Below are positions 48,009 through 57,929 of a DNA stretch of 64,000 bases, piece by piece. Made by a program: the position numbers and the translations under genes. The first letter of the stretch is position 1; each line of letters starts with the position of its first letter. This DNA comes from Muriicola sp. (lineage in GTDB: Bacteria > Bacteroidota > Bacteroidia > Flavobacteriales > Flavobacteriaceae): positions 35,821 through 99,820 of the forward strand of contig JBGTKP010000057.1 in assembly GCA_041744575.1 (NCBI GenBank), given 5' to 3'. Under the pieces are notes generated by a model, which saw only the letters and a program-made list of their open reading frames with translations, searched no databases and was not told where the DNA came from.

Positions 48009-49269
48009 CTGATAACGGAATTTTTATTGTAATCCGTGTTCCTTTCCCTTTCTCGCTTTCTACCTCTATCCTCCCCCGATGTTTCAGCACCACCTGCTTC
48101 ACATAACTCAATCCCAGGCCATAGCCCTTCACTGTGTGCAGATCTCCAGTAGATACGCGATAATACTTGCGGAAAATACGTTTTCTGTCCTTCTTATCCA
48201 ATCCGAGACCGTTGTCGGTAATTTCAATGCAAATGAATTTATTTTGTGTATAGGCTTTTAATTGGATTACCGGTTCCGCCGAGTACTTTTTGGCATTGTC
48301 AAGTAAATTATTAATTGCGTTTTCCAGATGAAAAACTTCTGCATTCACGGGATAAGTTCCAGGTTGCAGATCAAAGTCGAAAATGACCTTTTCCAGAGCA
48401 ACCAAAGTCTTAAAAGACAAACATAATTCCATCAGGGAAGGCCTGAAATCTAACGGCTTTAAATTGAACACCGTTCTCCGGGACTCTAGGCTGCCGAGTT
48501 CGAGAACCCGTTCAATATGGTTGGATAACCGGTCCACTTCCTGACGGATGATCTCCAGCAATGGTTTTTGTTCAGGCTTAGAATTGCCGCTCAGTAACTT
48601 CGTGGCGAGCCCTATAGAAAAAACAGGAGTCTTTAATTCGTGGGTGAGGTTGCTGATAAACTCACTGGTAGTCGATATCAGCCTGCGTTGCCAGTAATAG
48701 GTCTTCAGGGCCCATATCACTGCAGCGATGATCCCGATGATAAACAAAAGACCGGGCAGTGTCAGGCCATTTAACTGATATAGAAAATAGGTATTCAGGT
48801 CCCTGAACTGCAACTCGAGGGTGATCTGTCTGCCGAGCAGATCAGGTAAGTAGCCCTTCATTTCCAGGGGATACGAATTTATATCTGATGGTTCCTGGAA
48901 TTGCACCGGCGATTTAAGGTAGAAACTGGAATCCTTTGATATCATCCGATATGAAAACTCCGCATCTATCCCCTCATTCACCAGTTTTTCCACCAGGAAG
49001 TCATTCAGAAAATGACTGGAGGCATCCTCAACGCTGTCCATGCGCATCTTAAAAAAGGACGTGTCCTTTTGCAGAGCACTTCCCACCAGGAAGGTCAGTT
49101 GGTTTCTCTCCTCCAATCCTTGTTGAATGGCCTGCCCTGCAGCACCGATCTTCCTGTTAAACTGGACTTTGGCCAAATTCAGACCTATCTCAAGATACTT
49201 ATATTGAATATAAGACAACCCAAGGATGGATATGATGAAGGCGGCTATATATATATTCCTCTTGTTCAA
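48001..49269 (-). CDS. Sensor histidine kinase (two TM segments)
   Basis: 422 aa. H-box FISNLTHELKTP and HATPase_c domain (DNGLGLD, GYGLGLSYVKQVV). Overlaps the response regulator gene by 8 nt. Confidence 0.9.
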   Translation of the reverse strand: MNKRNIYIAAFIISILGLSYIQYKYLEIGLNLAKVQFNRKIGAAGQAIQQGLEERNQLTFLVGSALQKDTSFFKMRMDSVEDASSHFLNDFLVEKLVNEGIDAEFSYRMISKDSSFYLKSPVQFQEPSDINSYPLEMKGYLPDLLGRQITLELQFRDLNTYFLYQLNGLTLPGLLFIIGIIAAVIWALKTYYWQRRLISTTSEFISNLTHELKTPVFSIGLATKLLSGNSKPEQKPLLEIIRQEVDRLSNHIERVLELGSLESRRTVFNLKPLDFRPSLMELCLSFKTLVALEKVIFDFDLQPGTYPVNAEVFHLENAINNLLDNAKKYSAEPVIQLKAYTQNKFICIEITDNGLGLDKKDRKRIFRKYYRVSTGDLHTVKGYGLGLSYVKQVVLKHRGRIEVESEKGKGTRITIKIPLSDE

Positions 49270-49534
49270 AATTCCCTCTAAATAACCTACATTTTTACCA
49301 GTTTTAAATACAGGATCATATGCTGTTCACTTTCTTAATACCTTTTTAGTCTTTTATGAAGGATTTTTACTCTGTATGCAAAGGTATAAGGAATAGGTTT
49401 GTCCGGGAATAGGAAAACCCCGCTTTGAAATTAGAATTTTAAATGCCTAACCGGTTCTAAATTAAGGATTATTTTCTAGTGCAATGACTCTATAATTACC
49501 CGGCAACAATGCCACTCACCCGCTTCAATATAAT

Positions 49535-50022
49535 TTGCACCATCCTTTTAACCATAATTACAACCATGGGGATGAACGCTCGGAGCTGGACAGGATTCGT
49601 ACATTCCGGAAAACCATGAGACCTGTCCTGGACAATGAGGCTATAATGGCTATTCGGGATCAGTATTCAGTATGGACAGGACTCAGTTACACCACTCCTC
49701 CCCTGGTTTCCACTTCACTCGGGGGGTGCTTTGACTGCGTTCCCGTCCTGGATCTTCTGGGGTCCTATGAAGGGTTTAGTTTTTCAGGAAATGTCCTTTC
49801 CCTGGATCCGGATGTAAGTTTCATGAAAAATATGTGAGTTTGAATCTGAATGTCTCCGTTGCCTTACGTAGGACCTGGCCGCAAAGTGTCACCGATAAAC
49901 AGACGGAAGTCGTGACCGTAGCGCCGAGGAACGGGCTTGCGGCTTTAGCCGATTACGTCATCAATCTTACATTCACCTACAGGATAGGAAGCAGACCGGA
50001 AACAGATCCTTGCCATCTTTAA
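49535..50022 (+). other. Unassigned GC-rich segment with two overlapping plus-strand ORFs (100 aa and 62 aa) of unknown validity
   Basis: Track ORFs 49535-49837 (TTG start; first in-frame ATG at 49616) and 49834-50022 (GTG start, GTGA overlap). I recognise no family. The minus strand is closed in all frames. Confidence 0.2.
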
Positions 50023-50059
50023 AAATTTAACAAGTCACCTCAGCGTTTGACAATGATAT

Positions 50060-50650
50060 CTAAAAGGGTCCGATCATAATATGCGCCTTATGGGTGCCGG
50101 GATCCATAAGCCATGGCATTCCGGGCGCATGGGGTTTGTCTGGAAGTCCGGTAGAGGCCGTAGTGGCGTAAGGAATGTATACCACGTACCGGAATTGTCC
50201 TTCCTTTAATTCGCCTGTGGTTGGATTGTAGTTTTCATCTTTCCCGTAAAAGATATACATCATACTCGGACTTTCCGGCATTTTAAGTTTGCCAGATCCT
50301 GCTTCTTCCTCTCTGATAGCGCTTCTTTCCTCGGCCGTCTTCCCCTCAGCGGTCAGTTCGCGACCCCGGGCCATGAACGGTTCCAGCTGTTCTGAATAAC
50401 AGGCAACACTGATCCCCTCTTTCCCGGGATCATCACTGATACAGACCATGGAACCGGACCCTGTACGCAGGATTTCCAGACCCCCTGTTTCATCATAACC
50501 ATAGACCGTAGCAGTTTCTTTTTCTTCAGGGGCGAGCGGTAAGACGGCTGTGGTGATCTGTACCTCCCTCCTGACAAATTCCACATTGGTGGACTGAGAA
50601 AAGACAGGTATGCTTATGGCTAACAGCAGGATGGAAGTTATCAATTTCAT
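50060..50650 (-). CDS. Hypothetical secreted protein
   Basis: I prefer the start at ATG 50650 (MKLITSILLLAISIPVFSQ signal peptide). No family recognised. Confidence 0.6.
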   Translation of the reverse strand: MKLITSILLLAISIPVFSQSTNVEFVRREVQITTAVLPLAPEEKETATVYGYDETGGLEILRTGSGSMVCISDDPGKEGISVACYSEQLEPFMARGRELTAEGKTAEERSAIREEEAGSGKLKMPESPSMMYIFYGKDENYNPTTGELKEGQFRYVVYIPYATTASTGLPDKPHAPGMPWLMDPGTHKAHIMIGPF

Positions 50651-50755
50651 TGTACCAGGAATTTCATTAAATGTACAAAACAAACCTCATCCGGCAGACG
50701 GGGATCTGTCAAAAATCAAGACTGTCGCAACTCCAGATTGCATTTAGGGTCTGAA

Positions 50756-53386
50756 TCATTCAAAGCTTGCGAGGCTTTTTTCGAGGGTTTCTATTTTGGC
50801 CTCTGCATCCGCCTCTTTTTTACGTTCTAAGGCAATCACATTGTCCGGGGCATTATTTACAAAGCGATCATTGGATAACTTCTTTCTTACGGATATTAGA
50901 AATCCGCGGGTATATTCCAGCTCTTCCTCGATCTTTGAGATTTCGGCGCTAAGGTCTATGGATCCTTTTACCGGAATAAAATATTCATTGCTTTTTACCC
51001 GGAAGGAAAAAGCCCCGCTCAATGGGCCATCAGAAATGCGGATGGAGGACACATTGGTCAGCTTTTGAATAACGACATCCCATTGATCAGTAACTCCCTC
51101 CTCATTCAGCACCGCCAACTGAATCGGTTCCTTCATAGAAATCTGCTTTTCTTTCCTAATGGTTCTTATTCCTGTGATAACCGCGTCGGCAAATTCAAAC
51201 CCTTTCAAAATATTCTTGTCAACATTTCCGGCTGCAGGCCAGGAAGCGATAATCAGAGCCTCGTCCGGTCTTCGATCGGAGATGCGCTGCCAAATTTCCT
51301 CGCTGAGGAAGGGCATGAATGGGTGGAGCAGTTTCAGGTTATCTTCCAACAGACGAATCACCTCATTGTGGGTCTTAGGATCAATCGGATCACCGAAGGC
51401 AGGTTTGACAATCTCCAGAAGCCAGGAGCAAAAATCGTCCCAAATGAGTTTGTAGGTACCCATCAGGGCATCTGAGATCCGGTATTTGTCAAAATTATCC
51501 TCAATTTCCTCCTGGGCCTGACTGAATCTGGACGCATACCATTCCAGTCCCAGCCTGGCGGCCTCCGGCTGAGGCACCTCAGCAACTTCCCATCCCTGGA
51601 TCAGGCGGAACGCATTCCAAATCTTATTGGCAAAATGTTTGCCCTGTAGGCAGAGATTTTCATCGAAGAGCAGATCATTTCCGGCAGCGGAACTCAAAAG
51701 CAGGCCCACGCGGACGCCATCGGCTCCATAGGATTCAATAAGCTTCAGGGCATCCGGGGAATTGCCCAGCGATTTGGACATTTTCCTCCCCTGACGATCC
51801 CTTACCAGCCCTGTGAGGTATACATTCCTGAAGGGTGGTGCGCTGCGGTATTCATACCCTGCCATAATCATCCTGGCGACCCAGAAAAACAGAATGTCAG
51901 GCCCTGTTACCAGGTCGCTGGTGGGGTAATAATATTTTATTTCCTCATTGTCCGGTTCCAAAATACCGCCAAAAACACTAATGGGCCACAGCCAGGCTGA
52001 AAACCAGGTATCGAGGACATCTTTATCCTGCCGGAGATCTTTCAGGCTGAGCCTGGGATCACCGGAATTCAATCTGGCCATTTCGAGCGCCTCTTCGCCG
52101 GTCACGGCAACCACAAAGTCATTGTTCCCATCCCCATAGTAATAAGCCGGAATTCGCTGACCCCACCAGAGTTGCCGTGAGATATTCCAGTCCCGGATGT
52201 TCTCCATCCAGTGGCGGTAGGTATTCTCAAATTTTTTAGGGAATAATTTGATATCGCCCCGTTTGAGAATGGCTTCCAGGGCGGGTCCGGACAAGTCCTG
52301 CATCTTCAGGAACCATTGATCCAACAATCGGGGTTCAATCACGGCGCCCGTGCGTTCAGAGGTGCCAACTTTATTCAGGTAGGATTCTTTGTTTACCACA
52401 TGACCCTTTTCTTCAAGTTCCTTTACTATTTCCTTTCTGGCAACAAACCTGTCCTTGCCCTCGTAATGAAGGCCAAACGAATTCAGCGTGGCGTCCGGAT
52501 TAAAAATATCGATCACCTCAAGATGGTGTTTGTCTCCGAGGAGCTTATCATTCGGATCATGTGCCGGGGTCACTTTCAGGCAACCCGTACCGAATTCCAT
52601 AGCGACATAGGTATCTTCTATAACAGGAACCACCCGCTGGCAAAGAGGAACAATTACCTTTTTGTTTTTTAAATGGTGGTACCGCTCATCGTCCGGATGA
52701 ATACAAACCGCCGTATCCCCAAGGATGGTTTCCGGCCGGGTAGTTGCAATAATTACTTTTTCGTCAGACCCTTGCACTGCATAGGCCAGATAGTACAACA
52801 TGCCATTTCGCTCCTCATAAAGCACTTCCTCGTCGGACAAAGTGGTCTTGGCTTCCGGATCCCAGTTGACCATCCGGTAACCCCTGTAAATTTGTCCTTT
52901 GCGGTATAAATCTACAAAGACCTGCAGCACGGAAGCCGACATGTTGTCATCCATCGTGAATTTAGTGCGCTTCCAGTCGCACGAACATCCCAGTTTCTTC
53001 AACTGCTCGAGAATGACCCCGCCGAACTCATTTGTCCATTCCCAGGCTAGATCTATGAATTCCTCCCTGGAAATATCAGATTTTCTTATGCCCTTCTCCC
53101 GTAGCCTGCCAACAACCTTGGCTTCGGTTGCTATAGAAGCATGATCTGTTCCGGGCACCCAACAGGCGTTTCTTCCCAATTGACGCGCCCTTCTTATCAG
53201 CACATCCTGAATCGTGTTGTTCATCATATGGCCCATATGAAGAATGCCGGTAACGTTCGGAGGTGGTATGACAATCGTATAGGGTTCCCTGTCATTTGGG
53301 ACGGAATAAAAATAGCCCTGTTCCATCCAATAGCTGTACCAGTGGTCTTCCACCTGTTTGGGATCGTATTTTGACGGAAGTTGCAT
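50756..53386 (-). CDS. valS: Valine--tRNA ligase
   Basis: I prefer the start at ATG 53386 (MQLPSKYDPKQVEDHWY). HIGH-type PPNVTGILHMGH, the KMSKS motif, and a C-terminal coiled coil. Confidence 0.97.
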   Translation of the reverse strand: MQLPSKYDPKQVEDHWYSYWMEQGYFYSVPNDREPYTIVIPPPNVTGILHMGHMMNNTIQDVLIRRARQLGRNACWVPGTDHASIATEAKVVGRLREKGIRKSDISREEFIDLAWEWTNEFGGVILEQLKKLGCSCDWKRTKFTMDDNMSASVLQVFVDLYRKGQIYRGYRMVNWDPEAKTTLSDEEVLYEERNGMLYYLAYAVQGSDEKVIIATTRPETILGDTAVCIHPDDERYHHLKNKKVIVPLCQRVVPVIEDTYVAMEFGTGCLKVTPAHDPNDKLLGDKHHLEVIDIFNPDATLNSFGLHYEGKDRFVARKEIVKELEEKGHVVNKESYLNKVGTSERTGAVIEPRLLDQWFLKMQDLSGPALEAILKRGDIKLFPKKFENTYRHWMENIRDWNISRQLWWGQRIPAYYYGDGNNDFVVAVTGEEALEMARLNSGDPRLSLKDLRQDKDVLDTWFSAWLWPISVFGGILEPDNEEIKYYYPTSDLVTGPDILFFWVARMIMAGYEYRSAPPFRNVYLTGLVRDRQGRKMSKSLGNSPDALKLIESYGADGVRVGLLLSSAAGNDLLFDENLCLQGKHFANKIWNAFRLIQGWEVAEVPQPEAARLGLEWYASRFSQAQEEIEDNFDKYRISDALMGTYKLIWDDFCSWLLEIVKPAFGDPIDPKTHNEVIRLLEDNLKLLHPFMPFLSEEIWQRISDRRPDEALIIASWPAAGNVDKNILKGFEFADAVITGIRTIRKEKQISMKEPIQLAVLNEEGVTDQWDVVIQKLTNVSSIRISDGPLSGAFSFRVKSNEYFIPVKGSIDLSAEISKIEEELEYTRGFLISVRKKLSNDRFVNNAPDNVIALERKKEADAEAKIETLEKSLASFE

Positions 53387-53584
53387 ATTTTCGGTACAGT
53401 TTTTGTTACAGTTATCCAGACCTGATATAATGATGGGAAGACAAATATTAAACTTGCCGCGCCCCTTGTATTTTAGGCCATTATAAATACGAAACAAAAA
53501 TAAGTAACGTTAGTAGATAACAAAAGAATTTTGATTGTTCAGGGTAAAACTTTTACATTTGAAATTCACCCAAAACCGAAAATC

Positions 53585-53971
53585 ATGAAGAAAATAGTAT
53601 TCTTTTTATTTGTCAGTTGCCTTGCTCTTGGTTTACAAGCGCAGGAAAAGATGGCAAAGATCGAGTTTAAATCTGAAACTGTGGATTACGGAGAAATAGC
53701 ACAGGGTAGTGATGGTGTCAGGGTATTTGAATTCACCAATACCGGGAATGCACCACTTATCATCAGCCAGGTGAGTTCCAGCTGTGGCTGTACCATCCCT
53801 AAGAAGCCCGATGGGCCTATTCTTCCGGGAAAAACGGGATCTATAGAAGTAAAATATGACACCAACAGGGTGGGATTTATTCGTAAGGCCATCACTGTAA
53901 CTTCCAATGCGGATACTCCGACAAAAGTATTGAAGATCAAAGGCGAGGTCAAAGGAGCCGACGGTAAATAA
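53585..53971 (+). CDS. DUF1573 domain protein (secreted)
   Basis: I prefer the start at ATG 53585 (MKKIVFFLFVSCLALGLQAQ). FEFTNTGNAPLIISQVSSSCGCT is the DUF1573 hallmark. Confidence 0.8.
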   Translation: MKKIVFFLFVSCLALGLQAQEKMAKIEFKSETVDYGEIAQGSDGVRVFEFTNTGNAPLIISQVSSSCGCTIPKKPDGPILPGKTGSIEVKYDTNRVGFIRKAITVTSNADTPTKVLKIKGEVKGADGK

Positions 53972-53998
53972 ATATCGGAAGTTTAAAATCTTAATTCA

Positions 53999-54030
53999 AC
54001 CCGGAAATGCAGGCACTTCCGGGTTTTTTA
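53999..54030. terminator. Terminator between convergent genes
   Basis: ACCCGGAA-ATGCAGGCAC-TTCCGGGT, an 8-bp hairpin, followed by TTTTTT on the plus strand. The T-tract overlaps the stop codon of the minus-strand gene. Confidence 0.6.
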
Positions 54031-55422
54031 TTGAAAGACATTTTTAAGAACAAAAGTAAAGAGTAAATCTTTCTTCAACCTTTCGATGAGGAGACGTACC
54101 CGTTTTCCTTCCTTTTCATTCAGCATCTGGGTAATCTCCTGCAAATGGAACTGGTGGATCCTTTTACCATTTACGGCAAGGATGACATCTCCCTCCTGAA
54201 GTCCGGCTTCCTCAGCAGGGCTCCCGGCGCGGATGGCTGAGACGATAATTTCTGGAACCAGACTGAGTCTCGTCCGATTCTCCAGTAATATCTGAACCGT
54301 TCCAAAATCCCGTTCTTCACTTTTAACCAGTCCCAAATCGTCGGTTAGACGTTCGGCTATGTAACGCAGTCCATTGTGCTGGATTTCAATGCCGCTCATA
54401 TTATAGTGGTAGGGGGCGCTAAAATTGCCATTTTTGCGCAGTGTAATGGTATTGTTTGGGTAATTGAAAACCAGATTGAAACGTTTCAGAATTTCACCAC
54501 CGACACTTCCGTTCCTGTCACCGAGGTCCTTAATTGCGCTAAAGGACAATTTGTCCGGAAAAGCGGCCTTTGCATTGGAAAGCTCAAAGTCGGCCAACTT
54601 CATTTTCTTTATAATGGTTCGCTTCCCATAAATAGGCCCGTTCAGGCCCTTACCCAAATAATCAGCATAATTCTTTACGGGTATCCCGATGCCCTTTTCC
54701 TCATCCGAGAACAACCAGACTGCATCGCTGCTACCGGTGTCCAAAAGCAATTTTACCGGAATATCACGAAGGTTGTCCACATAAATTGCGGCAGGAATAT
54801 AGGCTTTGCTTTTCAATATTGTCAGAGGAATCTGCCGGTCCCTTCTGCCCAGTTTGGGACTATAGTGGGCCGGGTCGTGAAAGACGATGGTTTTGGTCTG
54901 ATAATTCAGATCCACCACAAAATCCCGAAAAAGATCATACCCGATTATTCCGTGGATGGTCATCCCAAGACTGGGCGAAAAATTCATGTGCTTATCCATC
55001 ACGACGTAAAGCAGTTGCTCTTTATTGCTGATGGTTTTCAATCTGAAGTGGTTTCCCCGGCTGCTCAGCGCCTTGATCGGTTCCCCACCTCCAAGGCCTT
55101 TCAGGGTGATTTCGGTCACGTTGTTCAATTGTACCGAATCCTGTCCGGTAAGATTAAAAAGGATGGGTTTACTTACCCCGGAATCCAAAATAAAACGAAG
55201 TTTGGCACCATTTACTTCCAGCGGGATGACCACCAGGTTGTTAATAAGTTCAAATTTAACTTTCTGGGAAGTAACTCCTTCGGTAAAATTATAGGTTTGT
55301 CCCGAAACCGGAAAGCAACAAAGCAGCATCAGGAGATACCGTAGGTGGTGCAAAACACTAATATTAAATGGATTACCTCTTAAAGTTACAAAAAAGGAAG
55401 CCACCGATGCCATATTTAACAT
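54028..55422 (-). CDS. Retropepsin-like aspartyl protease + PDZ domain protein
   Basis: 464 aa (start uncertain). Two DSG/DTG-type motifs (FILDSGVSK, LLLDTGSSD) and a C-terminal PDZ domain (GLQEGDVILAVNGKRI). Confidence 0.7.
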   Translation of the reverse strand: MLNMASVASFFVTLRGNPFNISVLHHLRYLLMLLCCFPVSGQTYNFTEGVTSQKVKFELINNLVVIPLEVNGAKLRFILDSGVSKPILFNLTGQDSVQLNNVTEITLKGLGGGEPIKALSSRGNHFRLKTISNKEQLLYVVMDKHMNFSPSLGMTIHGIIGYDLFRDFVVDLNYQTKTIVFHDPAHYSPKLGRRDRQIPLTILKSKAYIPAAIYVDNLRDIPVKLLLDTGSSDAVWLFSDEEKGIGIPVKNYADYLGKGLNGPIYGKRTIIKKMKLADFELSNAKAAFPDKLSFSAIKDLGDRNGSVGGEILKRFNLVFNYPNNTITLRKNGNFSAPYHYNMSGIEIQHNGLRYIAERLTDDLGLVKSEERDFGTVQILLENRTRLSLVPEIIVSAIRAGSPAEEAGLQEGDVILAVNGKRIHQFHLQEITQMLNEKEGKRVRLLIERLKKDLLFTFVLKNVFQ

Positions 55423-55523
55423 ATTGTTTGTTGAAGGGCCAGAAGGATCGGTATAAAAGTATGTCAGGATTGCAGTTGTATGGTCGGAATTGATTTCTCA
55501 CTTTTGTTGAAAATTAGCAGAGA

Positions 55524-56717
55524 ATGCCATCCATTTCAAGAAAAGGCAGGATGATGCCCGAGTCTCCGATCAGAAAGCTGGTCCCTTATGCAGAGGCCGC
55601 CAAAAGTAAGGGCATCCATGTGATTCATCTGAATATCGGCCAGCCTGATATAAAAACGCCGGAGGTGGCGCTGGAGGCGGTCCGTCAAAACAATATTGAC
55701 GTTCTTGCCTACAGCCGTACCGAAGGTTCCGAAACTTACAGAACCAAACTGGCAGGTTATTACAGGGGAAAGGGAATACATCTGAGCGCTTCGGAGATCA
55801 TTGTGACTACAGGCGGTTCGGAGGCGCTGTCCTTTGCAATGGGCACCATCGCCGATCCGGGAGATGAAATCATCATCCCTGAACCCTTTTATGCCAATTA
55901 CAACGGCTTTGCGGTAGCTACGGGAATCAAAGTTGTACCGGTTGTTTCAGGGATAGAAACCAATTTTGCCCTTCCTTCGCCGGAGGCGTTTGAAACCTCC
56001 ATCAATCCCAGGACAAAGGGTATTCTGATTTGCAATCCGGGAAATCCTACGGGATATCTTTATAGCAGGGATGAGATACACCGGCTGGCTTCCCTGGTAA
56101 AAAAGCACAATTTGTTTCTCGTGGTGGACGAAGTGTACCGGGAATTCACCTATGACGGGAAAACCCATTATTCGGTGTTGGAAGTAGACGGACTGGACGC
56201 CAACGCCATAATGGTGGATTCGGTCTCTAAAAGATACAGTATGTGCGGTGCCCGTATCGGCTGTCTTGTCAGCAGGAATGAAGAGGTAATCAAAACAGTA
56301 CTCAAGTTTGCCCAGGCCCGGCTTTCACCTCCGACATATGCCCAGATCGCAAGCGAAGCTGCCCTGGAAACACCTCCGGAATATTTTGAGGCAGTGAAAA
56401 AGGAATATACGGAACGCCGTGATCTGTTGATCTCAGAACTTTCAAAACTGAAAGGCGTGGTGGTGGGAAGACCACAGGGTGCGTTTTATTGCATTGCCGC
56501 CCTGCCCGTTGGCGACGCCGAAAAATTTTGCCAGTGGCTTCTGGAGGACTTCCACCTCAAAGGAGAGACAGTAATGCTTGCTCCTGCAGCAGGTTTCTAT
56601 GCATCCCAGGGGCTGGGAAGAAATGAGGTCCGGATCGCCTATGTTCTGGAAAAGGAACGATTGCGAACAGCAGTACAAATCCTTGGAGAGGCATTAAAAA
56701 CTTACAGGGAATCATGA
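55524..56717 (+). CDS. Class I/II PLP-dependent aminotransferase (aspartate aminotransferase-like)
   Basis: 397 aa. SPIRKL, NPGNPTG and SVSKRYSMCGARIG (PLP lysine). Confidence 0.9.
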   Translation: MPSISRKGRMMPESPIRKLVPYAEAAKSKGIHVIHLNIGQPDIKTPEVALEAVRQNNIDVLAYSRTEGSETYRTKLAGYYRGKGIHLSASEIIVTTGGSEALSFAMGTIADPGDEIIIPEPFYANYNGFAVATGIKVVPVVSGIETNFALPSPEAFETSINPRTKGILICNPGNPTGYLYSRDEIHRLASLVKKHNLFLVVDEVYREFTYDGKTHYSVLEVDGLDANAIMVDSVSKRYSMCGARIGCLVSRNEEVIKTVLKFAQARLSPPTYAQIASEAALETPPEYFEAVKKEYTERRDLLISELSKLKGVVVGRPQGAFYCIAALPVGDAEKFCQWLLEDFHLKGETVMLAPAAGFYASQGLGRNEVRIAYVLEKERLRTAVQILGEALKTYRES

Positions 56718-57730
56718 AAGTAATGCAGCAGGTCTCCCTGAAAAAATATAATACTTTCGGGATTGATGCCCTGGCTCGCCATTTTGTGCAGGTTCAATGC
56801 CTAGAAACCCTGCGTGAGGCCCTTCAGTTAAAAGGATATTCGCAGAAACTTATTTTGGGGGGTGGAAGCAACATGCTTATTACAGGGGATGTCGATGCTT
56901 TGGTGATCCATATGGATATCCGGGGCATCGAAGTAGTATCGGAAGATGACAGTGAGGTTATTTTAAAGGTCATGGGTGGTGAGAACTGGCATCAGCTGGT
57001 GCTGTGGACCCTGGCCAGGGGCTATGGCGGCCTGCAGAATCTCTCGCTGATCCCAGGGAATACCGGCACCGCTCCCATTCAGAATATTGGGGCTTACGGA
57101 GTGGAGCTCAAGGATATATTTGAATGCTGTGAAGCCATGGATCGTGACTCCCTTGAAATGGTGACATTTTCCAGGGCCGATTGCCGGTTCGGCTATCGGG
57201 AATCCTTTTTTAAAAATGAGGGAAAGGACAGGTATGTACTGACATCTGTAAATTTCAGACTTACTAAAAAAGACCATCTCATTCAAACGGACTACGGAGA
57301 TATAGAAGCGGAGCTCGCTGCACTCGGAAGGTTATCCCCGGGGATTCAGGATGTATCTGATGCCGTTATTGCCATTCGCCAACGCAAACTTCCGGATCCC
57401 GAAGTTCTGGGAAATAGCGGTAGCTTTTTTAAGAATCCTGTGCTCAGCGCAGAGGAGTTCCGTATTTTCAGAAAGGAGCACCCCGAGGCTCCGTTCTACA
57501 GCGTTTCCGATAACAACTTTAAAGTTCCTGCGGGCTGGCTCATCGAACAATGCGGATTCAAAGGCAAGCGATTCGGTGATGCCGGGGTCCATGCCAGACA
57601 GGCGCTGGTCCTAGTGAATCATGGAAATGCCACCGGACAGGATATCTTACAGCTCGCCCGAAATATTCAGGAGACCGTATTCGGGAAGTTTGGGGTAAGT
57701 ATTCTTCCGGAGGTCAATATCATAGGTTAG
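56714..57730 (+). CDS. murB: UDP-N-acetylenolpyruvoylglucosamine reductase
   Basis: 338 aa. KKYNTFGID, GGGSNML, GLQNLSLIPGNTGTAPIQNIGAYG and GSFFKNP. Confidence 0.92.
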   Translation: MKVMQQVSLKKYNTFGIDALARHFVQVQCLETLREALQLKGYSQKLILGGGSNMLITGDVDALVIHMDIRGIEVVSEDDSEVILKVMGGENWHQLVLWTLARGYGGLQNLSLIPGNTGTAPIQNIGAYGVELKDIFECCEAMDRDSLEMVTFSRADCRFGYRESFFKNEGKDRYVLTSVNFRLTKKDHLIQTDYGDIEAELAALGRLSPGIQDVSDAVIAIRQRKLPDPEVLGNSGSFFKNPVLSAEEFRIFRKEHPEAPFYSVSDNNFKVPAGWLIEQCGFKGKRFGDAGVHARQALVLVNHGNATGQDILQLARNIQETVFGKFGVSILPEVNIIG

Positions 57731-57769
57731 ATCGTCGGCCGGGATGCAGCAGGGACAGGCTTTAAAAAC

Positions 57770-57927
57770 CGTGAATAATGGAAATGCCAATGAAACTGGA
57801 TTTTTCTGTTCCACAACCCTTAAAGGGAGGAAAAATCCTATAAAAATAGCACTGACAGAGGAAAGTATTGCCCTTTAGGGTGAGGGAAAGAGAATTGTCG
57901 ACTTTAAAAGCTTAACCGATATTCACG
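57770..57927 (+). repeat. Copy B of the ~160-nt intergenic element with terminal inverted repeats
   Basis: Same orientation as copy A (26249-26408). Ends CGTGAATAATGG / CCGATATTCACG. Confidence 0.75.
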
Positions 57928-57929
57928 TT

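Noticed and set aside
49560-50030. Tested whether the GC-rich core is tmRNA, RNase P RNA or SRP RNA. Prompts were CCAGCTCC and ACGAATCC on the minus strand, GGAAGTCGTGACCGTAG on the plus strand, and GGAAGCAG near 49988.
   Set aside because: - tmRNA: there is no tRNA-like acceptor/T-arm that closes (the T-loop would be 27 nt), no GGGGCTG-type 5' end pairing with the putative 3' end, and no ...YALAA tag frame.
- RNase P RNA: the P4 strands would be identical rather than complementary, and too little sequence follows the GGAAGTC motif.
- SRP RNA: the motif order is wrong.
The region is reported as unassigned instead.
53387-53497. N-terminal extensions suggested by the longest-ORF coordinates. 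Affected genes include valS, secE, rhodanese, DUF2851, trpD, M20 peptidase, ddl, coaD, M14, pyrE, ACBP, DUF1573, the receiver protein, the 50060-50683 protein and the 59478-59771 protein.
   Set aside because: In each case an internal ATG reproduces the conserved family N-terminus or a clean signal peptide, and removes overlap with the upstream gene. The feature table uses the shorter coordinates.
54376-55344. A 322-aa plus-strand ORF.
   Set aside because: It lies entirely antisense within the 464-aa minus-strand gene. That gene has recognisable aspartyl-protease DSG/DTG motifs and a PDZ domain, while the plus-strand translation has no recognisable motifs.
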